Positions 31,201 through 39,869 of a stretch of 64,000 bases of DNA are shown piece by piece (the first letter of the stretch is position 1; each line of letters opens with the position of its first letter). Location of the stretch: the IMG/VR virus record IMGVR_UViG_3300037336_000025, positions 32,001 through 96,000 of that record; one strand, written 5' to 3'. Source of the DNA: a virus. The notes under the pieces are model-generated. The model did not search any database, had not been told where the DNA came from, and worked only from the letters and a program-made list of their open reading frames with translations. The position numbers were made by a program, and so were the translations under genes.

Positions 31201-34200
31201 GCCTGGGCTTAATGTAATTAGAGACCCTACTGCCCAATTCTGTCTGGTCCAGAACATGTATTCTTTGCAGCTTGTTGTCCAGTCTTGAGAAACTTGATTT
31301 GCTGGATCGTATCTATTAAAGGTAAACCCAACAGATTTTAGATATGCTTCATACCCTAGCAGAAAGTTAACTACTTCTTGCACAGTATCTAATCTAGCAC
31401 CATAGCTGAGTCTAGAAAGATTCAAAGTATTAAAAGTTCTACGACGTTGTGCTTCCACTGCGCCAACTAGTGGCAACTGTGGTAATTTTTTCCACTGGGC
31501 TGTATCAAAGACCGTACTGCTACTATGAGTTCTTAATGCTCTATAAAATGTATTATTCCGACGTACTATCTGTCCATTGTTATAGGTTTTATTTGTTGTC
31601 CAGTCAGTAAATGTTTCACTAACTCCGCCTACTGAGATTGTAGGATCGGCTTGATTAGCTACAGCTGGATAGTAGTTAAAATACGGGTGAATATTATCGT
31701 AGCCACTTATAACCCATCCGCCTTCAGATTTTTCTAATATCACTCCGCTATAGGAAACACTTGCGATCGGAGAACTAACATTAAAAATAATGTCGTAGTT
31801 TTCTGCAGGAATGTAAATGTTACTAGAAGTTGCACTTGGATTCTTGCTGTCTAAAATATACTTTTGTTGAGCTTTGTCAACAAAGCCTGACAATCTAGTA
31901 GATAAATTAACATCAAGATTTCGTAGCTTTGTATTAACTTCTGAAATATCTGCACCAATAGATCTAATATAACTTGAGACATATTTCACTAGCCCAGATG
32001 TTAGTTCGTTACTAGCTGTCGATATTACAATATCTTTAAGAGTTGAAAACACTCCTGTCTTAGAATTAATTGTTTGCCCTAATATATTTGTAGTTGTATT
32101 GGACCTATCAAAGCTGTCTGTAATAAATTCAAACGGTTTCATTAAACACATTGCTAATGTTACAGCAAACGGCCATTCGCTGCTAGATCTCCAAGCATAC
32201 TCTGCTGGGCTAACATCCCCTAATACGAAGCTTCCTCTGTTGTTTATCAATGTAAAGTTTTTAGATACCCCGGCGTCTAACGGACTTAGTAAGTTACCGT
32301 CACTATCAACCGGAATATATGTTGTTAATCCAGGACGCTTGTATCTATCATACGTTCCAGCAGTAGTGCCTTTGCGGATTATGCCAGCTTCAAGGTCTTC
32401 CCAAAGAATTAAGTTGCCGCTAGTATAAGGAGCAGAACCGTACTCTGCTTCCCACCATACTGGCTGCTCTGAAAATCCTAACATTTCCCAAGGGCAACGA
32501 TGTGGGCGATCAGTGTCAAAGAACCACTGGTATACTCCTCTCCAGTACCCTGGCAAATTTTGTGTACCAGATGGGTCGGTCATGTTACTGTATGTGTAAG
32601 TGAAAGAATTTTCACTATCAAAATACTCGTTAATTGTATAGTTAATATTTGTGTTTTGAACCCACTTTAAAAACTCTTGCACAACAATGCCGTCTAATTG
32701 AGATTTAGTATACAATACGTTACTGTAGTATCCGCCTACTACTAAATCATTATCAAAAATAGCTGTATTATATTCTTGCTTAATGTTGTTGTAAATTCTG
32801 TATTCTAGTTCTAATAATAGATCATCACGGAAATCACCGTAAGAGGCAGTAATACTACCGTCGTGGCCTTGAATTACTTCTCTAGGTTCTTGGTAAGTAT
32901 CATCGACAAATTTCATTGGTGTGTATTTTTTATACAGTCCCATTGATGTTGGTGTTGACGGAATATAGTTTGCTGCTGTCGAAATATATTCTCTAATTTC
33001 AACTTCGTCGTTTTCTGCCAAGTCAGCTAAAATAGTTATAAAACCAAAAGTAGCATTAAATTCATATTCTGTAGCGTTCAATAACTGTTGATTGTTTATG
33101 TAAACATAAACTGCTCTGTTGCTTAGTTCAGTTAGTGTAAATTTCTCTGATAATGCAAATGTTGTAATTCCAGTATCTTCTACTGTATAGTTGATAGCAA
33201 TAAATGCGCCGCTGCCAATCATGTCAGAATTTGAAAATGCACTATCTGCATTTTTTGTCTTGGTTAAGTCGGTAATGATATCATCAACAAAATTAATTAA
33301 GTTATCGTTATAATCTATAGTAGTAGACCTAGCAATAAAATTATTTTTAAAATCTGTATAAGATTTTCTAGCATGTTGAATTGATTTAATTATGTTAGAA
33401 GTTTTATCACATAATAAACTAACTGCTAACGGTGCAATTCCAGAATGCTTTAAAAATCTTTTTGCAAACGGTTGGTAGTCATCTAGATCTCGAATATTAG
33501 AAATGCCTGGAATATTTCCAGAATATCTAGTATCAAACTCAACTGATCCAGCTACGTGATCAATTGCCTGGCCTAATGTAAAAGTTGTTAATGCTTGATT
33601 TAACGGATTCTTTTCAAGACTAACCGGCATTTCATAATACCCGGTATCTGGAGACAAATCTGTAATTATTTTAACATATACAACGTCGTCAACTGCAAAA
33701 TTATTTGCAAAAGTGAATACTCCGCGCTCTCTAGTAATAGGCGTTACTTGTTTTTGCTGTTGGTTAACATAGAAATTAATTATTAAATTAGTATTATCAG
33801 TAACATTATCCCAGTTAATAGTTGTTAACTTTATAGTGTTAGTTACTTCGGTAATGACCTGACTATCAATGATAGGCTGGATATATGTATTATCAGTTTT
33901 AGTCCATCCGTTTAAATAAACATCGTCTGGATTAATTTTGAAATATCCGCTAGATATATTTTTAGTCAACTCTAATTGATCAAGAGTGTATGTGAAATTA
34001 TCAATTTCCCAATTCCAGTCAAACTGGATGTCGCCCACATTGTCAATATTCAAGTAACTTAGACTAAATCCTAATTCTTTGTCCGCAATACTGTTTCCAA
34101 TCTTGTATGCAAATAGTTTGTTTCCGTTAAAAGAATTTATAGGGTACGTATCAGTATTGGAAAAACTTATTCCATTACTGTCAAACACATCAAATAGCGG

Positions 34201-35985
34201 AGGCTGGTTGACTGCTGTTTTTGCTTGGCTAGCTAACCAACTTGATCCATTGAAATAATACATCAATCCGCCGTTATTCTTACCTCGACGTACTAATACT
34301 CCGGCGCCTGCTACAGAATCAGAATCTGTAGTTTCTGCTAAATGTATTCGTTTTTTGTTATTATGTGTAATAAAGTTAACTTCGTAAATTTTATTGTTTG
34401 CAAGAATATCAGTATCAGCAGTTACTAAAATTCGAGCGCCTTCAAATAAATTTTCTCCATCAATGTTGTAGCCAACACTACCTTCTATTTTAGAAAATAC
34501 ATCTGTTGTATAATCATCAATATAGTCTACAACTTCTTTAGAAATACTACCATGATTAAACAATTGAATGTTTGACTTAAACTCAATGATAGGACGTTTT
34601 GCTCTTTGAGATTCAGTTGCTGAAAAATCTTCGCCTCGTAAAGTGTAAGAATATTCTAATACATTTCGGTGGAACCAACGGTTATAACGACTCCAAGGAT
34701 TAGTATCTTTGCTATCACGTTTGATAGTGATATAATCTTTCTGTGCAGGATATGTTGTTGCATCGTCAAACGGCTGAGTATCAAATCCTTCATTATCAAA
34801 TACAACTTCCGGAGTATCTGTTGTCAACACAGGAACAATAAGATCTGCAAACCGTGTTAATGTAATTGCTGTGCCTACTCCTTCTACTAGCCAACTGTCT
34901 AGACTATATTTTAAAGGAGTAACTTGTCCTCTAAATTCTAAAACCATGCCGTTTGAGAATGTTATTCCGTTGCTGCTAGTGTAGGTTATTTTGCCAATGA
35001 TGTCTTTATCAATGTTTATCTTTGTGTTTGCCTCAATATCAGTAATTAGAAACCTACCAAACTTGTTAGGATCAATTAAACTTTGATAGAATAATACATC
35101 AGGTGCGTCGTACGGTACTTTAAAAGTTAAGGTTCCGTTTTCAATTCCATTATTAGTAACACCAATGCTATAGTCAAGGGCAGTGCCTGACGCTACAAGT
35201 GCTATAAATTCCCAATCCTGACTTCCAAGCGTAATACTACTGCTGGCTCCAGACGCAATTGCTACTTTAGCTTTCCATAGTTTGCCATCATATACCGCTT
35301 GTTCGTTTGCAGAATATGGGCGGGCTGGATTGAATATTAATGAGCCAGTGTCATAGTTTGTTCTAATTGCAAACCCTTCTTTAGGTGCTTTAATTTGAAA
35401 TTTATATGATTGGCCACGGTATAGTGTAATTGTTGGATTATTAGTAAATGAATCAGGAGTAAAGATAAAAGAGTTTAATCCGAGAGCAACTTTGTATGTG
35501 CTAATAATTTTTGCTGATTGACCGAATACTGGTATCGCTGGTGGTCCACTAGGTTCCCAGTAGTATTCGCGATAGTTAATAAACTTGTCCCAGTCAATAG
35601 GAGGATTCCAACTGTAGTGTTCTTGGCCTGTGATTAAGTCGTCACGTTCCTCTGTATTTCCAAAGAACTGTAATTGATTTTTAAAATCGAGATAATCGTA
35701 GAAACTGTCTACAGTGTTATTGGTTCTAGAAACTACTCCAGGTTCTAACTGATATCTGCTACGTAGTGTATTATCAGTATCAATATAGATATCAGATCCG
35801 TTGTATGTATTTCCATAGCGTCTTCCAACATATCCTACTAACTTTTGTAAGGTGCCTGGTTGAACTAACGGATCAACCACTGCCGACATGAATTTGTCAT
35901 TCGCGTCTGATCTAAAAACTGTTGGTAACAATTCAACAGTTTTTCTGATTGGTAAACCGCTTTGAGGGAATTTTTTATCTGCCAT
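22198..35985 (-). CDS. Giant (4595 aa) virion protein, probable baseplate wedge/gp7-position protein with adhesion-type modules
   Basis: Uninterrupted 13.8-kb ORF directly downstream of gp6; about six short Trp/Tyr modules, about six FG-GAP-like repeats and Ig-like C-terminal repeats. The gp7 equivalence is from synteny only. Confidence 0.6.
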   Translation of the reverse strand: MADKKFPQSGLPIRKTVELLPTVFRSDANDKFMSAVVDPLVQPGTLQKLVGYVGRRYGNTYNGSDIYIDTDNTLRSRYQLEPGVVSRTNNTVDSFYDYLDFKNQLQFFGNTEERDDLITGQEHYSWNPPIDWDKFINYREYYWEPSGPPAIPVFGQSAKIISTYKVALGLNSFIFTPDSFTNNPTITLYRGQSYKFQIKAPKEGFAIRTNYDTGSLIFNPARPYSANEQAVYDGKLWKAKVAIASGASSSITLGSQDWEFIALVASGTALDYSIGVTNNGIENGTLTFKVPYDAPDVLFYQSLIDPNKFGRFLITDIEANTKINIDKDIIGKITYTSSNGITFSNGMVLEFRGQVTPLKYSLDSWLVEGVGTAITLTRFADLIVPVLTTDTPEVVFDNEGFDTQPFDDATTYPAQKDYITIKRDSKDTNPWSRYNRWFHRNVLEYSYTLRGEDFSATESQRAKRPIIEFKSNIQLFNHGSISKEVVDYIDDYTTDVFSKIEGSVGYNIDGENLFEGARILVTADTDILANNKIYEVNFITHNNKKRIHLAETTDSDSVAGAGVLVRRGKNNGGLMYYFNGSSWLASQAKTAVNQPPLFDVFDSNGISFSNTDTYPINSFNGNKLFAYKIGNSIADKELGFSLSYLNIDNVGDIQFDWNWEIDNFTYTLDQLELTKNISSGYFKINPDDVYLNGWTKTDNTYIQPIIDSQVITEVTNTIKLTTINWDNVTDNTNLIINFYVNQQQKQVTPITRERGVFTFANNFAVDDVVYVKIITDLSPDTGYYEMPVSLEKNPLNQALTTFTLGQAIDHVAGSVEFDTRYSGNIPGISNIRDLDDYQPFAKRFLKHSGIAPLAVSLLCDKTSNIIKSIQHARKSYTDFKNNFIARSTTIDYNDNLINFVDDIITDLTKTKNADSAFSNSDMIGSGAFIAINYTVEDTGITTFALSEKFTLTELSNRAVYVYINNQQLLNATEYEFNATFGFITILADLAENDEVEIREYISTAANYIPSTPTSMGLYKKYTPMKFVDDTYQEPREVIQGHDGSITASYGDFRDDLLLELEYRIYNNIKQEYNTAIFDNDLVVGGYYSNVLYTKSQLDGIVVQEFLKWVQNTNINYTINEYFDSENSFTYTYSNMTDPSGTQNLPGYWRGVYQWFFDTDRPHRCPWEMLGFSEQPVWWEAEYGSAPYTSGNLILWEDLEAGIIRKGTTAGTYDRYKRPGLTTYIPVDSDGNLLSPLDAGVSKNFTLINNRGSFVLGDVSPAEYAWRSSSEWPFAVTLAMCLMKPFEFITDSFDRSNTTTNILGQTINSKTGVFSTLKDIVISTASNELTSGLVKYVSSYIRSIGADISEVNTKLRNLDVNLSTRLSGFVDKAQQKYILDSKNPSATSSNIYIPAENYDIIFNVSSPIASVSYSGVILEKSEGGWVISGYDNIHPYFNYYPAVANQADPTISVGGVSETFTDWTTNKTYNNGQIVRRNNTFYRALRTHSSSTVFDTAQWKKLPQLPLVGAVEAQRRRTFNTLNLSRLSYGARLDTVQEVVNFLLGYEAYLKSVGFTFNRYDPANQVSQDWTTSCKEYMFWTRQNWAVGSLITLSPGAEKLDITIPVGVADNILDGFYSYQLLKADGKPLAPNFINVNRSFQNITVATTNTTEGIHYLTVYYVLKEHVAIFSDRTVFNDIIYDKSTGYRQDRLKTQGFRTVDWDGDYTSPGFLFDNVNITAWAPFNDYKLGDIVSYRSYNWTSLVNQLGSETFNNTSWTKLDSTPEKQLVANFDYKINQFEDYYNVDAEGTGESQRALARHAVGYQTREYLQTLAEDPVTQFQLYQGFVREKGTANAISKVFNKLSRSTGDSIVLNEEWAFRVGRVGGTDQLREIEFEFSKNKFKIDPQPFLLTANIDTAITDQYYRIAQSNFTVSPIDFTFNVTPVAYSNGLEKTAGYVKNDQIDFILKSRDDILDLDINSVVENDHIWITFDSYTWTVLRYNQAPQLNIIDVSLADGQVTITLSRRHSLIVDDIVGVKEIPNLTGFFKIVEVGDYTLVVEATSTTAPEFDASTLTTLYTLTTARTASYDTLDPEAAALLVNGAKLWVDNNGSDLWEVIRKNKQFVNKELTEYGITTPINAGTKVIYDDNLKQTISSIPGSGYVMSYIESHNGLTLKQIIAPLSGFESNVVGSFGSKMAISPDSRWLIVSSPLASGIKSNYQGGFSSASYIEDDIVLYAGSLWKANKDINTSDYSTIDLDSENWEQANSIPALSSGRAPGFTQQGMISIYEWSNQQWNIHSSFVSPRPQEYEFFGSEVAIGVSGTEYYMAVSAIGSLENRGRVYLFEYDGVEWTHKENSSYAGIYDPTGATSYPAGTIVWFNESLWQSLEDQLGDGSSITVDSQQWTQLDPGSTHTSLPSNISIDDDGSTLALINLTEEATIGILGNTQLAELIKVGDEFGTSMTMSRDGGILVIGAPNSDGQYFANYRGQWRADVEYAENDVVKSETQYYKLTDATSINDDPSGSGLPWINVGDSTTVSSGKVYIYQRSTLGTYDLKQTINAGSMVGLNDITTGNTEINAGDQFGFAIDVDYSGTTLVITSPRADLNLINQGSAYVFETAGLAALEFRLKQKLESFEQYADEWFGQSISISSGTERIAIGAKNTPFVNVTMFDTLDGTSFDQSLTRFIDAKGYAGAVYVFERKADSYFLTEKLEAELSPFESFGNSIDCTRSAIAVGSPRFVAPVLSGSAFTYPGQKIGTVRLFRKDETIESWEVLSTKQKIVDLAKIRSIGLYDNVKNTKIQDIDYVDHANLKILNSAEQELAFKTPFDPAVYTLGTDDQVVEPTQSWTTKHVGELWWDLSQAKWIDYQQGDIAYRVGNWNTLAAGASIDIYEWVESLLLPSEWSGVADTNEGIAEGISGQPLYPNDNVYSVKELFNSNTGLATSTLYYYWVKSKVTVPENMPSRRISAASVASYISSPAGTGTAFVALLDTDKILTYNFTSVISSDTALLNIEYRKTTDSLNAIHNEYQLLTEGVADSVPTKQLETKWIDSLIGINLTGDRVPDSTLSDKQKYGISFRPRQSMFVNNIAALKAAIQRVNTVLQQESFADIINFNNLNLIDQAPNAVLNRYDVAVDTYADLLLVGTAKTRQATLSVNIVDGLIDTIDIVSPGFGYKPTELVNQSIPGVYVGPTISITGTGTGATAACRIDGQGRVIAVVITSKGKKYSSASATVRQFSVLVNSDATSNNFWSIYAWDDVRKVFFRSISQSYDTTRYWSLSDWWKEGYTPTDRIVKEITNLSEYPAITNLEAGDLVRIKEYGAGGWAVFEELTNLQNTSINTFLDNHQLVGREKGTVELSSSLYDITSSGIGYDTAQTFDATYYDIGNSTELRNIFAAIKENIFIGDYAIEWNRLFFNSVRYAFAEQTYIDWAFKTSFLTATHNVGPLTQKLNYKNDNIESFQEYINEVKPYRTTVREYISRYDTIEAAPSAISDFDLPPTYSVEAGKIVPVNQYSIELQSYPWKWWTDTNGYSITAITTYKSGADYISAPAVLITGTGTGATAQAYISNGAVSGIKVTNPGTGYTSAPTVTLVGGNPASSEQAKAVAFIGDSKVRTFDLTMKFDRISKTGLFTTFSQSQTLVGTGNVSVFNLNYAPTRDKSKISVVKNGQVLLNNQYFISLFTSTTDTYSLLKGKISFAEIPARGDSIVVNYEKNDSLLDSVNRIQKYYAPTAGMKGNELTQLMTGIDFGGVQIQGTTFDVTGGWDALPWFTDNWDSVESSADYYVVCDGSTVNITLPFVPATGQEINIYIKRVGDQRSIRIDDPAFNNQVDSSTSSNPNAEMPTFIGDGVTATVDFVNQLTDFPYVETAAGDILIFRPIESDGSVSINDGNLLDTNLSGGTLASMTGAYSTATGITADEISIDGDKFISPDQVPATEENVPGQVLDSVSIKVFNNTSTGAAPLQSKTIIADGTTKLYTIDLNVLETTSVLVYVNKINQEDSYTIDFVSNQIEFIVAPTAESIIEIISVGIGGIVLLDYQEFVADGETSLFLTAANFADTSSVFVTINGQREDIGFTNSSALTSTTNKTLIQFGTNPEFRDVVKIICLGSSTVTDSSGVSLVQVHKQSFEFEGSTRNFDLAEFVNLPSASAASSMIVEVNGVALRGPDTSYYVYDGITNKFVLGLDPVESAGAILTSNIKLFVNNVERTVIRDYVYDGTNKIITITPAILSNGNTIRIENNLRSEYYVENNNIVIAAGVELTSTNETDNDIIDVTWFSEYPTMRIISDEFTGGKVNYFLQRTPLSINYVWVYKNGIRLTKDIDYFITLPRGSIYLTDNSTTNDLIKVVMFGTDIYKLPSAYEIHKDMLNIYRFTRYSINSVTLAVALNYYDQTITVTDATELTAPIASRNIPGVVEINGERIEYTRKAGNVLSQLRRGSHGTSIGNLYAIGTPVVDQGSREVIPYNESQIREDFISDGNTILIGPLNYVPAKSSRNNWVRTTIPTTYGPCDEIEVFVGGRRLRKDPLAVYNEINGASSPGADITLEAEFSVDGSAVIIRLTEAVSAGTRISIIKRTGNSWYDRGEDTATSGITLLENATPIANFIAKRTTKLPE

Positions 35986-36007
35986 ATTTTATCTTCTTAA
36001 TACTCTG

Positions 36008-39000
36008 TTAAACGCTAGAACCGACTTCGGCGGTTGTTATTGCTGACACTATTTCTACATCATCTACTGTTGCGCCGCTGATTAAAATTTCGTCAGGCCC
36101 GCTTTGAATTTCAAATAAACTACCAAATGCTAAACTAGCCTGTCTTGGTGTTATTGTTAAATTGCTAATGTCTGGTGCTGTTTGATTTAGTATATATGTG
36201 TTCATTTCACTTAGGTAAAATCTATCTCCGAAGTCCCAATTGTTTATATCAAAGAACTCATTAATAGCTGTGATAATTCTTACTTTGAGGTCGTTGTCGT
36301 TGATTGCTTTATTAGGATTCTTAACTACTTTAAATTGTGCTTGTAGATTCGCTGCCGCAGTGCTGCCAAATAATACTTTGTAGGTTACCGGATGATATAT
36401 AATCTCATCGCTGATCGATTTAATCGCATTTAGATTTGTACCAAACGTTATTTGCAAACTATCGCTGCTAGGTGCTTCTGGTTCTGTACTTCCGCCTGCT
36501 AGATAAATCCTATAAGCAGTATCATAACTTCTAGTCATTAAAAATACATCAATAATATTACTTACGCTAGGATCAATTCGGCGATCAACACTAGCGTTAT
36601 GCACGTATTGGAATTTTAATTTATCTCTACCAACTACTCCTTTGTAGGAGCTTTCTAATATCAATGTGTTAGTAACTTTGTTTACTCGCTTAACACGATT
36701 TTCTGCAGAGTCATAAAAATAAATTAAATTGCCGTTGGCATAATCATTAACGTTAACTAGTGATTCTTTCTGTACCACTGTGATATTATTAGAAGAATTA
36801 TCAACCAATTCGTATGTTGTGTTTCCTGCAGAATCTGTTACTTCTTGGAAGAATAGATAATTTAAATCTGCATCTTCACCTATAATCTGTTCAAATTGCT
36901 CAGGATTATCAATAACGCCGTCGCTGTCAATATCTGAAAATGCAACTTTGATTTCTTTTGCACTTTCATATCCATCGTCAAATTTAATAGTATCGGTAAC
37001 TTCAAATGCGAAATCCTGCTTGATAGCACTACCTGATCCATCGCTAACTGTGTTGATTCCTAAAATTGTTACAGTATCTTTTACAACTGCGCCAACTTGA
37101 TTATTGTATTGTTTTTGGTTAACATCATAGTAAAATCTATTTTGTTCAACACTACCAGCAATATAGTCTAGGCCTCGTATCCGTACTCTATATTGATCTG
37201 CTTCTCTAATAAATGCAATTATCCATGATGCATCTAAATTGTTGCTAGTAGTGTCACCTGAACGTCCTAAACTAAAGTCACTAACTGAATCTAGGTTAGA
37301 TGAAGTGATAATATTCCATGTTGATGCTTCAACTTCAAATCGCAGTCCAAAATTTAAATTTTGAGATACTTGATTAACAATTTCCGATTCTAATGCAGCA
37401 GGCAGATCATTTACAAATTTTGGAATAATACGCTGAGCTATTGCTCCAGACGGAATAGTATCACTAAACGACACAGGACCTAGTCCCGATGTTAATATAC
37501 CTCTGCCAGAATTTGTACCGTCGCCGACAACTTTAATTACTTTGGTCCACAGTCGATCAGTTTGCAACGAATCTGCAAGGTTAATGTCTACAATTTGTCC
37601 ATTCTTAAATGCTTTACCTGTAGGAGGAACAAATTTAACCAACGCACCAAATTTAACATATTTTAAATTATTAGTAGAATAAGTGCCAACTTGGAATAAC
37701 GATTGGTCTACTGAGTTTTTAAAATACCCGGTAGTAAGATTTACTTGAGTTGTTGTTTGTTCCCATACAGTGTTAGTTTCAGTGAATGTTATTTTATCAA
37801 AATTAGTTATGTAGAAGTTATAAACATCGGTGTCTGTAAATACAGGCTCAACACTACGCTTAATAAAATTAATAATATCTATTCGGTTTGACCATTTAAA
37901 AGTCAATGCTCTTTCAATTTCTTCTTTATATAAGAATCCGTCATTTGCAAATACATTAACTGAACTGTATTTTCCGCTGGCATCAATAATTTCAAAGTTG
38001 CGAGAAATTCCGCTACTTGTTCTATTAACTGCTTTAATTTTTAAAATATCTTGGCTACTTGATAACGGTGCAAGATTGTAATCTTCACCAGTAATCATTC
38101 TATTTTGTGTATAATATACCGCAGGTGCATTTGTTCTAATAGTGTCAATATCTTCAGAAGCTGCACTTGAAGATACACTTGACTGCAATGCTAGCCCAAT
38201 AGTTAATGTATGCTGTACTCCTTGTTTGTTAGTATAAGGAACTGCAATGTTAATACCGCGCATTTCTGCCGGTGCAATAGTATATGATAATCCGTTACTA
38301 ACTCTATAGTAAACTCTAAATGCACCTTGTGGAATATTACCGTATACTCCATCAGCAAATTTTAAATCAATACGGTCGTTTTCTTTAGTAACAACTGAGT
38401 AGATATTTCTAATATCTTGACTTAGACTATTGTAGGCAATATTGTTACCTAGTAACGTAGATACCGGAGTCCATTCATTTAGTTGTGTGCCTGTTGAGCT
38501 TAGGCTGTATAACCATACATCATTGTTATTAATGTTAACACTGTCAACTGAGACTGTTTCATTAGTTGTAGGAACTTCAATATTAAAGTCTGCAAGCTCT
38601 AAACTGCCCTGTTTAAACATCAAGTAAAAACCAGTGTTAGAACTACCAGGCCCTTTGCCGTCATTACGGTAGACAAATCCTACTTGATTACCAGGAACAG
38701 GCGGTTCTTCGTATATGCTGGTGCTACCATTAAATGATGTGCTTACAATTTCAAAAGCCATGCCGCGGCCGGCTACAGTTTTGTTAAATGTGTAAACTGC
38801 AACGTCTGTGCTAGTGCTACGCAATCTATATTGTTCTGTAGGAATGCCTTGTATAGTTGCACTACCTTGGCTGCGCCCAAACTCTGTATTATCTGCCATT
38901 GCAGAATTCAACACAGTTATGAATTGTTCTAACCAATTAGTGTTAGTTGGGTCGTTCCAAGAGATAATTTGCTGTGCTAAGTTTTTACCGTTACTATCAA

Positions 39001-39388
39001 GAATGTCTTCGGTAGTTGTAACTGTAGAGAATTTTAAAAGACCGCTAGAAGAGATGTTTCTTTTGGCGTTGTAGCTTAACATACGAGCAAGACGTAGGAC
39101 ACTTTCCTTACGCTCTGCAAGCTCAATAAAGTTTTCTCTTGATGCTAGATCAATACGGAAAGCAAGACTTTGACCTAAAAATGCAACAGCATCAATAAGA
39201 GCCATGTACTCAGATGACTCAATATAATCGTTAAAATCTTCCGGATAGTTTTCACGGAGATAGGTAATAATGACACGACGTAAATTTTCAAAGTCGTAAC
39301 TTTTAAAGTCAGCATTACTAAACGTCTGGTAGATTCTAGTCCAATCTTGGTTTAAAATTAAGTTATTTTGTCTTGTTGTCGTTGTCAT
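36008..39388 (-). CDS. gp6: Baseplate wedge protein, T4 gp6-like (extended, 1126 aa)
   Basis: DFENLR...YL......F.DY.ESS....LID..A...F..D....ENF...AERKESVLRLARMLSYNAKR N-terminus; EDIDTIRTNAP..Y.TQNRMITGEDY baseplate-J motif. Confidence 0.85.
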   Translation of the reverse strand: MTTTTRQNNLILNQDWTRIYQTFSNADFKSYDFENLRRVIITYLRENYPEDFNDYIESSEYMALIDAVAFLGQSLAFRIDLASRENFIELAERKESVLRLARMLSYNAKRNISSSGLLKFSTVTTTEDILDSNGKNLAQQIISWNDPTNTNWLEQFITVLNSAMADNTEFGRSQGSATIQGIPTEQYRLRSTSTDVAVYTFNKTVAGRGMAFEIVSTSFNGSTSIYEEPPVPGNQVGFVYRNDGKGPGSSNTGFYLMFKQGSLELADFNIEVPTTNETVSVDSVNINNNDVWLYSLSSTGTQLNEWTPVSTLLGNNIAYNSLSQDIRNIYSVVTKENDRIDLKFADGVYGNIPQGAFRVYYRVSNGLSYTIAPAEMRGINIAVPYTNKQGVQHTLTIGLALQSSVSSSAASEDIDTIRTNAPAVYYTQNRMITGEDYNLAPLSSSQDILKIKAVNRTSSGISRNFEIIDASGKYSSVNVFANDGFLYKEEIERALTFKWSNRIDIINFIKRSVEPVFTDTDVYNFYITNFDKITFTETNTVWEQTTTQVNLTTGYFKNSVDQSLFQVGTYSTNNLKYVKFGALVKFVPPTGKAFKNGQIVDINLADSLQTDRLWTKVIKVVGDGTNSGRGILTSGLGPVSFSDTIPSGAIAQRIIPKFVNDLPAALESEIVNQVSQNLNFGLRFEVEASTWNIITSSNLDSVSDFSLGRSGDTTSNNLDASWIIAFIREADQYRVRIRGLDYIAGSVEQNRFYYDVNQKQYNNQVGAVVKDTVTILGINTVSDGSGSAIKQDFAFEVTDTIKFDDGYESAKEIKVAFSDIDSDGVIDNPEQFEQIIGEDADLNYLFFQEVTDSAGNTTYELVDNSSNNITVVQKESLVNVNDYANGNLIYFYDSAENRVKRVNKVTNTLILESSYKGVVGRDKLKFQYVHNASVDRRIDPSVSNIIDVFLMTRSYDTAYRIYLAGGSTEPEAPSSDSLQITFGTNLNAIKSISDEIIYHPVTYKVLFGSTAAANLQAQFKVVKNPNKAINDNDLKVRIITAINEFFDINNWDFGDRFYLSEMNTYILNQTAPDISNLTITPRQASLAFGSLFEIQSGPDEILISGATVDDVEIVSAITTAEVGSSV

Positions 39389-39406
39389 CTTTCAGTCCTA
39401 TAATCA

Positions 39407-39412
39407 TATTTA
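39407..39412 (-). promoter_or_regulatory. Putative late promoter TAAATA
   Basis: In a 42-nt gap upstream of the AGGA SD and ATG 39388. Confidence 0.55.
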
Positions 39413-39430
39413 CCAAACAAAATAATGTGC

Positions 39431-39868
39431 TCAGTTAATGACGGAATTGTCCTTGTCGAAATTAAAACTCATGCGCTCGTTAATGTTAAAGGGTATATAT
39501 GTAATATCTGCTTGTATTCTAATACCCTGGTCAGTACTATCTATTTGTACTTGATTTACCGCAATACGAGGATCATAATTGATAATGTCCTCAACATCTT
39601 TGGCAATCATATTTTTTACATCTTCAGTAAATTGTTCGAACAGCATGTCCCAGATAATTGTACCAAACTCTGGATTTTCTAATTTTTCACCCTTACGGAT
39701 ATAAAAATGATTGATTAAATCCTGTTTGACTAAGTCTATATCATAGAGCTTAAAGTTCTTTTTAGTTTCGCTTGAACTAAATCCTTTGTAGGCAAAGCTG
39801 CCTCCTGCATCGCCGACCGATGCTTTATTAACTGCAACAGTTTTTTGATTATATAATTTATTGGCCAT
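39431..39868 (-). CDS. gp25: Baseplate wedge protein gp25 (sheath initiator)
   Basis: DLINHFYIRKGEKLENPEFGTIIWDMLFE...INYDPRI matches the gp25/GPW motif. Confidence 0.9.
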   Translation of the reverse strand: MANKLYNQKTVAVNKASVGDAGGSFAYKGFSSSETKKNFKLYDIDLVKQDLINHFYIRKGEKLENPEFGTIIWDMLFEQFTEDVKNMIAKDVEDIINYDPRIAVNQVQIDSTDQGIRIQADITYIPFNINERMSFNFDKDNSVIN

Positions 39869-39869
39869 G

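Noticed and set aside
22198-35985. Alternative genetic code or stop-codon read-through explaining the giant ORF
   Set aside because: All long ORFs are open in the standard code, and TAA, TAG and TGA are each used as genuine stops with tight gene packing.
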